Shown piece by piece: positions 36,233 through 47,146 of a stretch of DNA of 64,000 bases. The notes beneath the pieces were generated by a model. That model searched no databases, was not told the DNA's origin, and saw only the letters and a program-made list of their open reading frames with translations. Within the stretch, counting starts at the first letter, position 1, and every line of letters starts with the position of its first letter. The translations under genes and the position numbers were made by a program. The stretch comes from Candidatus Latescibacterota bacterium. GTDB taxonomy: Bacteria > Latescibacterota > UBA2968. Location of the stretch: positions 768,001-832,000 of the forward strand of contig OZ242311.1 in the NCBI GenBank assembly GCA_965207885.1. The letters run 5' to 3'.

Positions 36233-37516
36233 TCAGAAGGCGTGAACCGGTTCACTCATGGCATTGAGAAAGTCTTCGTTGGTTTTGTTTTCTTTGGTGC
36301 GTTCTGTGAAAAATTCCATGGCTTCCAGAGGTTGCATCTGGTTGAGTAGTTTTCGCAAGATCCAAACGCGGTTGAGTTCTTTTTCTTTGAGCAGGAGTTC
36401 TTCTTTGCGCGTGCTGGACATGGATACGTCAATGGCGGGAAAGATGCGGCGGTTGGAGAGCCGACGGTCCAGTTTGAGTTCCATGTTGCCCGTGCCCTTA
36501 AATTCTTCGAAGATGACTTCGTCCATACGGCTTCCGGTTTCGACGAGGGCGGTTGCCAGGATGGTCAGGCTGCCGCCTTCTTCGATGTTGCGCGCTGCGC
36601 CAAAAAATCGCTTGGGCCACTGCATGGCCGTCGAGTCGAGACCCCCGGAGAGAACGCGTCCACTGTGGGGGGCAACGGTGTTGTAGGCTCGGGCTAAGCG
36701 GGTGATGCTGTCGAGCAAGATGACGACATCCTGCTGGTGTTCGACCAACCGCTTGGCTTTTTCTATGACCATGTCGGCTACCTGGACATGTCGGGTTGGG
36801 GGTTCGTCAAAGGTGGAACTGACGACTTCGCCCTCGACCGAACGGAGCATGTCTGTGACTTCTTCGGGGCGCTCGTCAATGAGGAGAACAATGAGCGTGA
36901 TTTCGGGATGGTTTTTGGTAATGGCGTTGGCAATTTTTTGCAAGAGCATGGTTTTGCCCGTAAACGGGGGTGCGACAATCATGCCGCGTTGACCTTTGCC
37001 TATTGGGGTGAGGAGATTCATGATGCGAGTAGAGATGTCCTGGGAGTCGTACTCGAGATCGATGCGTTCGTCCGGGTGTAGTGGTGTGAGATTGTCAAAT
37101 AGGATTTTTTGTTTTGCGACTTCAGGATCTTCAAAATTGACGGCTTCAACGCGAATGAGTGCGAAGTATTTTTCGTCGCCTCTCGGTGGACGAATATGTC
37201 CCGATATGGTGTCTCCAGTTCGCAGGTTGAAGCGTTTGATTTGCGAGTGGCCCACATAAATGTCGTCGGGACCGGGCAAATAATTGTACTTTGGTGATCT
37301 GAGGAAGCCAAATCCGTCTTCGAGGATGTCGAGAACACCCTGTGCGAAGATACGCCCACTTTTGGCGGTTTGGCTCTGGAGAATAGCGAAGATAAGCTCT
37401 TGTCTTCGCAGACTGCTATAGCCTTGAATATTGAGTGCTTGTGCGTGTTTGTTGAGTTCGGGAATGCTGCATTCCTGTAACTCAAACATGTTCAATTTTT
37501 CTTCGGTAATTGCCAT
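36233..37516 (-). CDS. rho: Transcription termination factor Rho
   Basis: [39 protein letters not shown]. Confidence 0.98.
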   Translation of the reverse strand: MAITEEKLNMFELQECSIPELNKHAQALNIQGYSSLRRQELIFAILQSQTAKSGRIFAQGVLDILEDGFGFLRSPKYNYLPGPDDIYVGHSQIKRFNLRTGDTISGHIRPPRGDEKYFALIRVEAVNFEDPEVAKQKILFDNLTPLHPDERIDLEYDSQDISTRIMNLLTPIGKGQRGMIVAPPFTGKTMLLQKIANAITKNHPEITLIVLLIDERPEEVTDMLRSVEGEVVSSTFDEPPTRHVQVADMVIEKAKRLVEHQQDVVILLDSITRLARAYNTVAPHSGRVLSGGLDSTAMQWPKRFFGAARNIEEGGSLTILATALVETGSRMDEVIFEEFKGTGNMELKLDRRLSNRRIFPAIDVSMSSTRKEELLLKEKELNRVWILRKLLNQMQPLEAMEFFTERTKENKTNEDFLNAMSEPVHAF

Positions 37517-37735
37517 TTTTGGGGTTTCCTGATGGGTTGGAAGGGGAGAAGCGATACATGCCCGGACGACACCATGCAGTGTGGGGCGCAAAACAGACGC
37601 TGTGCGAAATCATTGGATTACTGCGAAGCCTACAGAGAACAATGTTTTGGAAGATTGTGGGGCAGGATGCGGAGCATTAGTGCGAGGGAATGCATTTTGA
37701 AGTTGACCTAAACCTAAAACAAACAATGTGGCTTG

Positions 37736-40405
37736 TCAAGGATTTTCAATCGCGTGCGTCAGTTCATGGGTAATGTGTTCGAGCAGTGCGGTATCTGTGA
37801 TTTTATCGCCGTTTTTACGCACGTAAAAGGCATCCACAGCGCGGTCTGCCTGTGTGCCGATGCGAGCGGTGTAGATGTCGAGGCCAAGGTCTGATAAGGT
37901 GCGCGTGATGCGATACAGGAGGCCCGTTGCATCTTGTGCAGTGATATCGATGACGGTGGAGCGCATAGAAACATTGTTGTCGTATGTGATTTTGGGAGAA
38001 ATGGGAACGGTGGGCTGCCGCCTCAGGGACCACCTTTGACTGTAGCTGGCAAACAGGTCTGATACGCGCTCTTTTTTTTGAAAGACATCGGTCAGGGTTT
38101 GTTGAATTTTTTCTCGTAATGCAGCGTCATCATCCATATCGGAAGTGACCTGAAAGATGTCGATGACTGTGCCGTCGTTGCGCGTATAAGCATGGGCGCT
38201 GAAGATGTTGATGTCGTGGGTTGCCAGTACACCACAGATTTCAGATAGGCGAAAGGACTGGTCGTGCGTGCAGATGGTGATTTCCAGAAAGAGTTCGCCG
38301 GGTTGTACGCTAACGGCAACCAGCGAGGCTCCCATTGCGTCGATGAGTTGCAGGTGTTGTGCGATTTCTTCCGGGCTGTTTTGTTCGGGATAGCGCGGGG
38401 GCATGTTGTTGAGGTGTTCGATAAGGGTCTGATATGGGATGCGCGATTCCAGAGCAGCGAGGATTTTTTGAATGTCTTGTAGTTCGGGTTGCTCGCGTTG
38501 GGATTGGGCGCTTTGTGTGAGGAGGTGGAAGGTGTTTTCGTAGAGTTCTCGCAAGAGGTGACCTTTCCAGGAAGTCCAGGCAGTTTGTGTGACGGCAGAC
38601 AGGTCGGCATAAGTGAGGACATAGAGCATGCGCAAAGTATCGGGGTGTGAAAATGTGCTGGCAAATTCGGCGATCATGCGCTGATCCGACAGGTCGCGGC
38701 GCTGGGCAATGGCGGACATTGAGAGGTGGTGTCGCACGAGAAAAACAACGGTTTCTATCTGGTCATCGGGCAATTGAAGGCGTTTGAGAAAGTCCCGTGT
38801 CATTTCTGCGCCGACAATGCTGTGGTCTTTGTCGCGAACAGATTTTCCCACGTCGTGCATCATCAGCGCGAGATAGAGAAGCTCTTTTCTCGGGATTTCG
38901 TTGTACACGCGTCTGAGGTGCTGCAAATCGTGGGGTAAAGAAGGAGATCGCGCGAGATGGTCGAGGCGCTCCACAGCGACCAGGGTGTGTTCGTCTGCTG
39001 TGTAGATGTGATAGCGATTGTATTGTACCAAACAGGTCAGACTGCCGAATTCGGGTACGTAAGTGCCCAAAACGTCGAGTTCGTGCATGGTGCGAAGGGT
39101 GGTGCCAATGCCGACGGGTGCGCGGAAGAGGTCGAGAAAAATGCGACTGACGCGCTCAGAAGACCTGAAGCTGTCGTCGATGAGATGGATGTGGTCTTTT
39201 ATTCCCTGTTTGGCCGCTTCGTTGAGGGGAACGCCGAATCGCTGTGAATTGAGGAAAAGGGAGAGGAGGCGATGGGGCGTGTTGTCAAAAAAATGGCGTC
39301 GCTTTTGGGGCAGGGCAATGTGCGTGTGGTGTAGCACGGTGCCGTCATCGAGTTGACGGCGCGTGAGCAATCCCACAGCCCGACCGGTGGAAGATTGGCC
39401 TTTGAGGCGTTCACATATCAGGTCGCTGAGGTGTTTGATTGCACGCGCATGGGTGTAGTAGTCTCGCATAAAGTGTTCCACACCCAGTTCATTGTCCCGG
39501 TCTTTGTAGCCCAGATTTTTGGCAATAGCAGGTTGAAGGTCGTGCTCGAGCACGTCAAAGTGTTTGCCCGTGTGAAAGTGCAGTTCGCTGCGCGTGCGCA
39601 GCATGAAATCAAAGGCTTTGATATAGATCTGATAATTTCTGCGCGTGAGCACATGGCCTTCTACCAAACCCTCGGGCGCGCGAAGGCCGCGGCGCGCCAT
39701 CAAAAACCAGCCCGCTGTGTGAATATCTCGCAATCCCCCCGGGCTTTCTTTGACATTGGGTTCGAGGAGTTGGACCGAAAATTTGGATCTGCTGTGTCGC
39801 TGGATGCGTTCCTGATATTTTTTTTCCACAAAACCGCGCGCGCGTCTGCCAAAAAATCGCCGCGCAAGGGCGTCTTGCAGTTTGGTCTTCAGGGTGGGAT
39901 CACCCACGAGATGGCGTGTTTCGAGCATTGCAGTCATGGAATCGGTGTCGTCTTGTGCTGCAGTGATGCAATCGGAAAGGGTGCGTGTGCCGTATCCCAC
40001 GTCAAATCGCAGATCCCACAGGGTGTGGAGAATCGCGCGCGTTATGGGGTCGCCTTCACGGACTTTTTTTTGAAAGAGAAATAACAGGTCGATATCCGAG
40101 TGGGGATTGAGCGCACCCCGGCCATATCCCCCTTGCGCGATTACGGCAAAACCGGTTGGCTCACCGTGTTCTTCTTTTGCTTCGGCGTACAGTGCCTGGA
40201 TGAGTATATCGACGCGCTGTGTGAGTGCTGCAACTATCGTGTTGCCCGATGCGCCGTCCCGGTGCTGTGTATGAATCGTTTCCCAGGAGGTGTCGAGATA
40301 GGTTCGCAGGTACGACAGGCGTTCGGTGGGCCAGGCGTCTGATGTTTTTTTTGCGTTGAGCAGGTCGCGTGGGAGGGTATCGCATATGGAGATTTGTTTA
40401 TTCAA
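37736..40405 (-). CDS. glnD: PII uridylyltransferase/uridylyl-removing enzyme
   Basis: GGYGRG..SDIDL, PNVKESPGGLRD, YHIYTADEH, HDVGK, two ACT domains. Confidence 0.96.
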   Translation of the reverse strand: MNKQISICDTLPRDLLNAKKTSDAWPTERLSYLRTYLDTSWETIHTQHRDGASGNTIVAALTQRVDILIQALYAEAKEEHGEPTGFAVIAQGGYGRGALNPHSDIDLLFLFQKKVREGDPITRAILHTLWDLRFDVGYGTRTLSDCITAAQDDTDSMTAMLETRHLVGDPTLKTKLQDALARRFFGRRARGFVEKKYQERIQRHSRSKFSVQLLEPNVKESPGGLRDIHTAGWFLMARRGLRAPEGLVEGHVLTRRNYQIYIKAFDFMLRTRSELHFHTGKHFDVLEHDLQPAIAKNLGYKDRDNELGVEHFMRDYYTHARAIKHLSDLICERLKGQSSTGRAVGLLTRRQLDDGTVLHHTHIALPQKRRHFFDNTPHRLLSLFLNSQRFGVPLNEAAKQGIKDHIHLIDDSFRSSERVSRIFLDLFRAPVGIGTTLRTMHELDVLGTYVPEFGSLTCLVQYNRYHIYTADEHTLVAVERLDHLARSPSLPHDLQHLRRVYNEIPRKELLYLALMMHDVGKSVRDKDHSIVGAEMTRDFLKRLQLPDDQIETVVFLVRHHLSMSAIAQRRDLSDQRMIAEFASTFSHPDTLRMLYVLTYADLSAVTQTAWTSWKGHLLRELYENTFHLLTQSAQSQREQPELQDIQKILAALESRIPYQTLIEHLNNMPPRYPEQNSPEEIAQHLQLIDAMGASLVAVSVQPGELFLEITICTHDQSFRLSEICGVLATHDINIFSAHAYTRNDGTVIDIFQVTSDMDDDAALREKIQQTLTDVFQKKERVSDLFASYSQRWSLRRQPTVPISPKITYDNNVSMRSTVIDITAQDATGLLYRITRTLSDLGLDIYTARIGTQADRAVDAFYVRKNGDKITDTALLEHITHELTHAIENP

Positions 40406-41606
40406 TGGGCAGTCCTTTGGAAATGGCTATGACGCCACCATCTGTTACAGTGAAACGCCGGCGGTCGTCTTCGCGGTTAATCCCGATTTGTATACCGGAC
40501 GGAATGACGACGCCTTCGTCGGCTATGACGCGGTGGAGTTGGGCATTGGCACCGACTTTGACGCCTTCCATGAGCACCGAATCGGTAATTTGTGCGCCGG
40601 AGTCTATGTGAACCCCTGCAGAGATGACTGAGCACTCGACCCGTGCATTGGCAATCACACATCCCTGGGCGACTACGAGAAGAGAACTGTTTTGCGGTCG
40701 AATGTGCAGGCGCGAAGGTGGATACGGGTGTGCGTGTGTGCGGATGGGCCAGTTCGGATCGTGCAGGTCAAATTCGGGGGTTTCAGAAACGAGATCCATG
40801 TTGGCTTCCCAGTACGCGTCGAGAAGGCCGATGTCGCGCCAGTACACGGTCGAATTGCGATTGCCGTGCTTGAAGTTGTACGCAAAGACGCGCCCTGAAT
40901 CGACCATTGATGGGATGATGTTTTGCCCAAAGTCGTGGGCTGTGTCGCGTTTGGCATCTTCGGAGAGTTGGCGCACGAGAACTTCTGTGCTGAAGATGTA
41001 GATGCCCATTGAGGCCAGGGCGAGATTGGGGTTGTGTGGTGTGGGTTTGGGGTGGTCGGATTTTTCCTCAAAGCCGACAATGCGAGATTCATCGTCGATT
41101 GCCATGACGCCCAATTCGGTGGCATTTTTGATGGGTACTTCAATGCAGGCTACCGTGAGGTCGGCATTTGCGTTGTTGTGAAAGGCGAGCATTTTGCTGT
41201 AATCCATTTTGTACACGTGGTCGCCGCCCAGGATGAGGACGCGGTCGGGACGCTCGCGTTCGAGGATGTCGATATTTTGAAAGATGGCATCGGCTGTGCC
41301 GCGATACCAGTTGCCGGCAAGGCGAAATTGGGGCGGGACTTCAAAGATAAATTCGTCGAGTTCGGGATTGAAAATGGACCAACCGCGTTGCAAATGCCGG
41401 TCGAGAGATGTTGACATGTATTGCGTGAGAACATATATCCGGCGCAAGTTGGAGTTGAGGCAGTTGGAGAGGGTAAAGTCAATGATGCGGTACATGCCGC
41501 CGAAGGGCACGGCGGGTTTGGCCTTATTGCGCGTGAGGGGATAAAGCCGAGATCCCTGGCCTCCGGCGAGGATCATGGTTAGCGTATTTTGCAGTTCATC
41601 GGGCAT
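40398..41606 (-). CDS. glgC: Glucose-1-phosphate adenylyltransferase
   Basis: LAGGQGSRL, KPAVPFGG, YRGTADA, GDHVYKMDY, ASMGIY, HDFG, YWRDIG. Confidence 0.96.
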   Translation of the reverse strand: MPDELQNTLTMILAGGQGSRLYPLTRNKAKPAVPFGGMYRIIDFTLSNCLNSNLRRIYVLTQYMSTSLDRHLQRGWSIFNPELDEFIFEVPPQFRLAGNWYRGTADAIFQNIDILERERPDRVLILGGDHVYKMDYSKMLAFHNNANADLTVACIEVPIKNATELGVMAIDDESRIVGFEEKSDHPKPTPHNPNLALASMGIYIFSTEVLVRQLSEDAKRDTAHDFGQNIIPSMVDSGRVFAYNFKHGNRNSTVYWRDIGLLDAYWEANMDLVSETPEFDLHDPNWPIRTHAHPYPPSRLHIRPQNSSLLVVAQGCVIANARVECSVISAGVHIDSGAQITDSVLMEGVKVGANAQLHRVIADEGVVIPSGIQIGINREDDRRRFTVTDGGVIAISKGLPIE

Positions 41607-41607
41607 G

Positions 41608-41970
41608 TCAAGACCTTTCACCGGTCAGTACATCGCTTATGGCGGTTTTGAGTTTAGACAGGTCCGATGATTTGACCACATACGCATTGGCCGACCAGGT
41701 GAGATAGTTGTCTTTGTGATTGCTATAGGCGGTGTTGAGAATAACGGGTAACTGGTTGTTTATGCCCAGGATGTGGTTGAGGGCTTCAATGCCGTCCATG
41801 CCGGGCATTCGAATGTCGAGTATTAAGAGGTCCGGCGGATTGTCTTTGACGCGCTCGATCGCGGTTTGCGCGTCGTGAACCACATCGACGCGATACCCTT
41901 CATCGGTGAGTTCTTGCTCGTAGAGCAGTGCCAGATTTTGGTCGTCGTCGGCAATGAGGATGTTTTTCAT
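41608..41970 (-). CDS. Single-domain response regulator
   Basis: ILIADDD, LLILDIRMPGMDG, TAY, VVKS. Confidence 0.93.
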   Translation of the reverse strand: MKNILIADDDQNLALLYEQELTDEGYRVDVVHDAQTAIERVKDNPPDLLILDIRMPGMDGIEALNHILGINNQLPVILNTAYSNHKDNYLTWSANAYVVKSSDLSKLKTAISDVLTGERS

Positions 41971-43634
41971 AATGATTTCCTTGAGGAGAGATCGGGGAGA
42001 TGGATGAAAAGGGTGGTGCCAGAGCCGCTGTGGCTCGTGAATGAGAGGGTTCCTCCGTGGCGTTCGACGATTTGTTTGCTGATGACCAATCCGAGACCTG
42101 TACCCTTGGTTTTGGTGGTGAAATAGGGCTTGAAAATTTCGTCCTGAATTTCGGTGGGAATCCCCGGTCCCGTATCTCGTATTTCTATTTCGATATGTGG
42201 CTGATCCTCTTTTTTTCGGATATGAACGTGCAATTTGCCGCCATTGGGCATTGCTTGAAATGCGTTTTTGAAGATGTTGATGAGTACCTGCTTAAATTGT
42301 GCGGGATCTAAGGGTATTTCGGGCAGGTCAGATGGTGCGTTTTGTCGATAGGTGATGCCCCGGTCCTCAAGGCCCTCGCTAACCTGATGATAAATGTCGG
42401 TGATAAGGTCCGGGAGATTGACGGGTTCGAGTTCGAGCTTGCGCGGTCGCGTGTAGTTGAGTATGTCGGTCAGTAGTTCTTCCAGGCGCGTGACTTCACG
42501 AGATATGATGTGCGATGCCGTGTCGATGCGATCGGGGGTTGGGGCGCGCTGAAGAGCGCGCGCAAAGCCGCCAATTGTCGCCAGTGGATTGCGAATCTCG
42601 TGTGCTATGCGCGCAGACATTTCGCCGATTACAGCCAGGCGTTCCGATTGTACGAGTTCGTCCTGGAGTTCTCGCGTTTCCTGAAAGAGATGTGCGTTGT
42701 GGATGACCCATGCCAGTTGATCGGTCAAGACCATTAGCGATTGTACATCGGTCCAATTAAAGCCATTTTTTTTGCGACTGAGCACATCGAGTGCGCCCAA
42801 TACGCGGTCTGCTGTTTTGATTGGCACACAGAGTTCTGAGCGCGTGTTTTTTTCCTGAGGAAAAGCAATGATGCGCCTGGGATCATTGGCCACGTCATTG
42901 GCCATGATGGGATTGCCAGATGCGACGACATGGCCTACGATGCCTTCGCCCACATTTTGGCGATATCCCTCGGGGAAGTGCTTTTCGTAAACACCGGCTC
43001 TGGCTTTCATGATCATCTGGTTGGCATGCGTTTCGAGAAAATAAAGTGAGACGTGCTGGTAATTGAAACTCTGTTGTACTTCGTGTACAATGCGTCTGAA
43101 AATTTCAGATGGGTCGAGGGTTGATAGGGCCATTTGTGCAATGCGATTGTTGGTGGTCAGGTGCGCGGCGCGCTGTTTTTCCACTGCGAGGAGGCGGGCG
43201 ATTTCGATGTTGCGCTGGCGCAGATTTTGAGATTGTCTTTGCGCCAGATTTCGATAACGCATTTCGTGGTAGTACGCCGATATGCGCAACAAGATTTCGT
43301 CAAATATGGCTTCGGCATTGTGCGTAAAATTTTTCAGGCGTTCTAAGATGGTTTTCTTCAAGGCAATGAGCAATCGACAAGCCGCATCAGGGGTAAAAGC
43401 ATTGATTTCGCCTGAAAAGATGCGCTGGCGGAGCAAGTGATAATCCTGTTTGGTGGTGATCTGTTTGACTATGAGATCAAAGAACTCTTCGAGCACATTG
43501 TCGGGCGTGTGACCGTCAAAATCTTCGCGCAGTTGCAAGACAGATGTGCGGCGAACGCGTTTTTGCCATTCAGATAGCAGGCTTGCGCGCTGGGTGGTGA
43601 GTATGTGATGCAGGTTTTGTTCTGTGTTTTTCAT
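41967..43634 (-). CDS. GAF-domain sensor histidine kinase
   Basis: GEGIVG / SELCVPI (GAF), AHEIRNPL, N box, DTGPGI, GTGLGL; helical N-terminal domain. Confidence 0.93.
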   Translation of the reverse strand: MKNTEQNLHHILTTQRASLLSEWQKRVRRTSVLQLREDFDGHTPDNVLEEFFDLIVKQITTKQDYHLLRQRIFSGEINAFTPDAACRLLIALKKTILERLKNFTHNAEAIFDEILLRISAYYHEMRYRNLAQRQSQNLRQRNIEIARLLAVEKQRAAHLTTNNRIAQMALSTLDPSEIFRRIVHEVQQSFNYQHVSLYFLETHANQMIMKARAGVYEKHFPEGYRQNVGEGIVGHVVASGNPIMANDVANDPRRIIAFPQEKNTRSELCVPIKTADRVLGALDVLSRKKNGFNWTDVQSLMVLTDQLAWVIHNAHLFQETRELQDELVQSERLAVIGEMSARIAHEIRNPLATIGGFARALQRAPTPDRIDTASHIISREVTRLEELLTDILNYTRPRKLELEPVNLPDLITDIYHQVSEGLEDRGITYRQNAPSDLPEIPLDPAQFKQVLINIFKNAFQAMPNGGKLHVHIRKKEDQPHIEIEIRDTGPGIPTEIQDEIFKPYFTTKTKGTGLGLVISKQIVERHGGTLSFTSHSGSGTTLFIHLPDLSSRKSL

Positions 43635-43786
43635 GAGATAAAAGGAGGGTTGTTAACCTATAACCGTTAATAATATCACGCCAAATGTATAAGTGTCAAG
43701 ATATTTGGGCTTGCGCTTTGGATATAAATCCCCAAATTAAGGTTGATGTGCGAATCAACGAAGCAGGTAATGTATACATGAAAGCC

Positions 43787-43818
43787 GTCATTGCGGCATG
43801 GTTTTAGCCGCAATCCAG
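43787..43818 (+). repeat. CGTC-type REP-like element
   Basis: GTCATTGCGGCATGGTTTTAGCCGCAATCCAG. Confidence 0.75.
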
Positions 43819-43877
43819 AGGTTTTGGGTGGTTGGGCGGGGTTCGTCTATTCGTCTATTCGTCTTTGGAGAATGCGC

Positions 43878-44927
43878 ATGGCTACGGATTATAGTGCTTC
43901 GATTCTGGAGGGTCTGGGGGAGGGCATCGTGGCTTTTGATAAAACACATCGGGCCGTGATGGCCAATGCACATTTGATTGCGTTGATGGGGTGGGACAAA
44001 CAGGCCGTTTGTGGCGCTTCGCCAGAGGAGCTATTTGCCCAACGCCCTGAGTTGTTGCGGATTTTGAACGAGGGTATGAAAAACAAGGTGCTGGTGTCAG
44101 ATACGGATCTGGTACACCACAATGCCGATGGTGGGTTGCAACATCTGCGCGTGAGTACTTCGTTTTTGAATACGCAGGGCGGTCTGGTGCTGGCAGTGCG
44201 CGATGTGTCTGAGATAAAGCGGATGGAGTGGGAGATTTTTCAGGTTGAAAAGATGACGGCGTTGGGGCGGTTGGCCGCTTCTGTTGCCCATGAAGTGCGC
44301 AATCCTCTGGGGGCGATTGATATTCAATTGCAATTGTTGGAGGAAGATCTCAGCGCGTTGTCAAGTGCGTTAAAAGAACGCCTTGTGGGGCGGCTCAATA
44401 TCGCGCAGACAGAGATGAAACGGCTCGACCGCCTTGTGTATAATTTTTTGCGTTTTTCGCGTACGCCCAAACTTCATTTGCGGCAGGTGTCTCTCAATGA
44501 TGTGGTTCGCCGCGTTTTTGAGCTGGTCTCGCCCGAAGCACGCGAGCGCGGCATTGTGTTGCGTCTGGAACTTTCCGAGGATCTGCCCGCGATTAATGGA
44601 GATGAAGACCAACTCGGCCAAGCTGTGCTCAATATTGTGGTGAATGCCTTTCAGTCTATGGTCGCCGGTGGGGATTTGGTTGCCCAAACACAAACCGAGT
44701 CGGGGCAGGTGTGTTTGATGCTTACAGATACGGGTTGCGGGATTCCAGAAGAAGAGGTGGATCGCATTTTCGAGTTTTATTATACGACAAAAGATGAGGG
44801 TACCGGGTTGGGGCTGTCTATTGCCCAGCGCATCATTTATCAGCACGGAGGGCATATTGATGTCGAGAGCTTTCCCGAACGGGGAACGACCTTCCGGGTG
44901 TATTTGCCCGAGCATGAGATACGATAG
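43878..44927 (+). CDS. PAS-domain sensor histidine kinase (NtrB/AtoS-like)
   Basis: PAS-like N-terminus, AHEVRNPL, DTGCGI, GTGLGL; start after GGAG RBS. Confidence 0.93.
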   Translation: MATDYSASILEGLGEGIVAFDKTHRAVMANAHLIALMGWDKQAVCGASPEELFAQRPELLRILNEGMKNKVLVSDTDLVHHNADGGLQHLRVSTSFLNTQGGLVLAVRDVSEIKRMEWEIFQVEKMTALGRLAASVAHEVRNPLGAIDIQLQLLEEDLSALSSALKERLVGRLNIAQTEMKRLDRLVYNFLRFSRTPKLHLRQVSLNDVVRRVFELVSPEARERGIVLRLELSEDLPAINGDEDQLGQAVLNIVVNAFQSMVAGGDLVAQTQTESGQVCLMLTDTGCGIPEEEVDRIFEFYYTTKDEGTGLGLSIAQRIIYQHGGHIDVESFPERGTTFRVYLPEHEIR

Positions 44928-44936
44928 AGGTAACTT

Positions 44937-46295
44937 ATGGACGCGAGTGAGATTCGGCTTTTGATTGCAGATGATGAGTACTATATCTGCGAGGGTCTGC
45001 GGGAGGCGATGGCCAAAGACGGTTATCGGGTTGATGTGGCTTATGATGGGAATCAGGCAAAGGCGCTTATGGAAGCCCATGAGTATGATGCCGCAATTTT
45101 TGATCTCAAGATGCCGGGGCAGGATGGTCTATCACTTTTGAAGTGGGTGCGCGGTGCAAATCGCGAGATTGGCGTTATTGTGATTACGGCTTATGGCGAG
45201 GTGGAGACGGCTGTTGAAGCCATGCGGCGAGGGGCTTATGATTATTTGACCAAGCCCGTAGATCTGAAGCGGTTGCGTCTGTCTTTGGAGCGTTTGCTGG
45301 ATCACCAGGCACTGGTCGCGGAGAATCGCGTATTGCGGGCGCGTCTGGATTCCAATGGCGAAAATGGAGAGATTGTGCATCGAAGTGCTGCCATGGAACA
45401 GGTCTGTGATACTGTAGCGCAGGCGGCAATGACCGATGTGCCGGTTTTGATTACCGGGGAAACGGGGACGGGGAAAGAACTCGTGGCGCGTGCGATTCAT
45501 CAGGCGAGTGCGCGGCGGAATGCGCCTCTGGTGGCGATGAATTGCGGGGCGTTTGCCGAGACGTTATTTGGCAGCGAGTTGTTCGGTTATGTAAAGGGCG
45601 CGTTTACGGGCGCAACAGCGGATAAGGCGGGGTTTTTTGCCGCGGCTGAAGGGGGGACGCTTTTTTTTGATGAGGTGGGTGAGATCCCATTGCCCAATCA
45701 AGTCGATTTGCTCCGGGTATTAGAAGAAAAAGCCTATCGCCCGGTGGGGAGTACCAGAGCGGTGTCCGCAGATGTGCGAACCATTTTTGTCACCAATCGC
45801 GATCTCGAGCGAGAAGTGGCAGAAGGACGGTTTAGAGAAGATTTGTATTACCGCATCAATGTGGTGCCCATTCGCCTGCCACCGCTTCGCGAGCGCGTCG
45901 AAGATATTCCGCTTTTGATCGATGTGTTTTTTGACAATCTGTGTGCGTTGTACCACAAAGCGCGCAAGGAATTGACTCCGGATGCAATGGACAGGGTTCT
46001 GGCTTATTTGTGGCCCGGCAATGTGCGCGAGTTAAAAAATGCCATTGAGCGCATTGTAGTGACCTGCGCAGATCAAAAGGTGGATGTCGATCATTTGCCT
46101 TCTCGGATACGCGATGCCCAGAATGAGACAGATACGATAACGGTTGAACTCGGTTCATCGCTTGCAGACGTGGAACGCGCGCTGATCGAAAAAACACTGG
46201 CACATGTGACGGCAAATCGGAAGGAGGCCGCGGCGCTATTGGGGATCAGTGTTCGCGCGTTGCAATACAAAATTAAGGCGTATAATCTGCGCTAA
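44937..46295 (+). CDS. Sigma54-dependent response regulator (NtrC/AtoC family)
   Basis: Receiver domain, GETGTGKE, GAFTGA, FREDLYYR, WPGNVREL, C-terminal Fis-type HTH. Confidence 0.96.
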   Translation: MDASEIRLLIADDEYYICEGLREAMAKDGYRVDVAYDGNQAKALMEAHEYDAAIFDLKMPGQDGLSLLKWVRGANREIGVIVITAYGEVETAVEAMRRGAYDYLTKPVDLKRLRLSLERLLDHQALVAENRVLRARLDSNGENGEIVHRSAAMEQVCDTVAQAAMTDVPVLITGETGTGKELVARAIHQASARRNAPLVAMNCGAFAETLFGSELFGYVKGAFTGATADKAGFFAAAEGGTLFFDEVGEIPLPNQVDLLRVLEEKAYRPVGSTRAVSADVRTIFVTNRDLEREVAEGRFREDLYYRINVVPIRLPPLRERVEDIPLLIDVFFDNLCALYHKARKELTPDAMDRVLAYLWPGNVRELKNAIERIVVTCADQKVDVDHLPSRIRDAQNETDTITVELGSSLADVERALIEKTLAHVTANRKEAAALLGISVRALQYKIKAYNLR

Positions 46296-46305
46296 TTTTC
46301 AGAAA

Positions 46306-46350
46306 CGCAATTTTTGCATTTTGGTTATAAAATAGGGTGCAATTTTTGCA
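46306..46350. promoter_or_regulatory. Tandem enhancer (UAS) sites
   Basis: CGCAATTTTTGCA (46306-46318) and TGCAATTTTTGCA (46338-46350), 32 bp apart; third copy TGCAAATTCTGCA at 46566-46578. Confidence 0.7.
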
Positions 46351-46437
46351 TGTTTTTTTTAAAAAAAAGAGTGTGTAGATACGACTTCACGATTTTTTTT
46401 TAATATAAACAATAGGTTATGACTATAGGCACATTTT

Positions 46438-46453
46438 TGGCACGGATATTGCT
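46438..46453 (+). promoter_or_regulatory. Sigma54 (-24/-12) promoter
   Basis: TGGCACGGATATTGCT, matching TGGCACG-N4-TTGCW. Confidence 0.88.
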
Positions 46454-46600
46454 GTTATATGGCGTGGATTTCTGATGTTGGTGGGGTGTTTGGAGATTAA
46501 CCTTTGTTTTTATTGATGTTAATGCGTTTTTCTCCATTTCTAATAAATGTCTTATAGTTTGAAGGTGCAAATTCTGCATTTTGTTGCGTGTGGGGGCCAG

Positions 46601-47113
46601 GTGACTCAAACGACAATTTTATCTGAAGACGATGTTTTTCATTTTGACGTTTCGCTTCTTGTACCCGAGTTGCAATCACAAGATCGCCTGGGGGCGATCA
46701 AAGAACTGGTCGATCGGCTCTATGGGCGCAGGAAGGTGGTCGATAGTCTGAAGTTTTTGCAAACTATTTTGGATCGAGAAGATCAGATGAGTACTGTTTT
46801 GGGCAGGGGTGTTGCACTGCCCCATGCGCGATGCCGCTCCGTTGCTCAGCCCGGTGTGGCGTTGGGCATTTCTCAGACGGGTATTGCTTTTCCCCCAGAT
46901 GCAGAACCCGTTCACGTGATATGCATGGTTGCGGTACCCGATGCGGCTCCTGTGCCTTATCTATCGGTTTTGAGCAATTTGGCTCTGTTGTTTAAAAATT
47001 CAGATGTGCGAGCGGGTTTGATGGCTTGCGACACATCGATGAGTATGTATCAATTTATGACGAAACATCTGGCGCAAATTCGCAAGATGTCGGCTCCCCA
47101 TTCTGTTTTATAG
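46601..47113 (+). CDS. PTS EIIA (Ntr/fructose-mannitol type) domain protein
   Basis: REDQMSTVLGRGVALPHAR phospho-His motif, GIAF, PVHVI; GTG start inferred. Confidence 0.88.
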   Translation: MTQTTILSEDDVFHFDVSLLVPELQSQDRLGAIKELVDRLYGRRKVVDSLKFLQTILDREDQMSTVLGRGVALPHARCRSVAQPGVALGISQTGIAFPPDAEPVHVICMVAVPDAAPVPYLSVLSNLALLFKNSDVRAGLMACDTSMSMYQFMTKHLAQIRKMSAPHSVL

Positions 47114-47146
47114 TGGTTCTCCCCCATCTTTTACAGGAGGTTCCCC

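Noticed and set aside
37517-37735. Possible structured leader RNA of rho
   Set aside because: A long 5' region is normal for rho; no recognisable conserved structure
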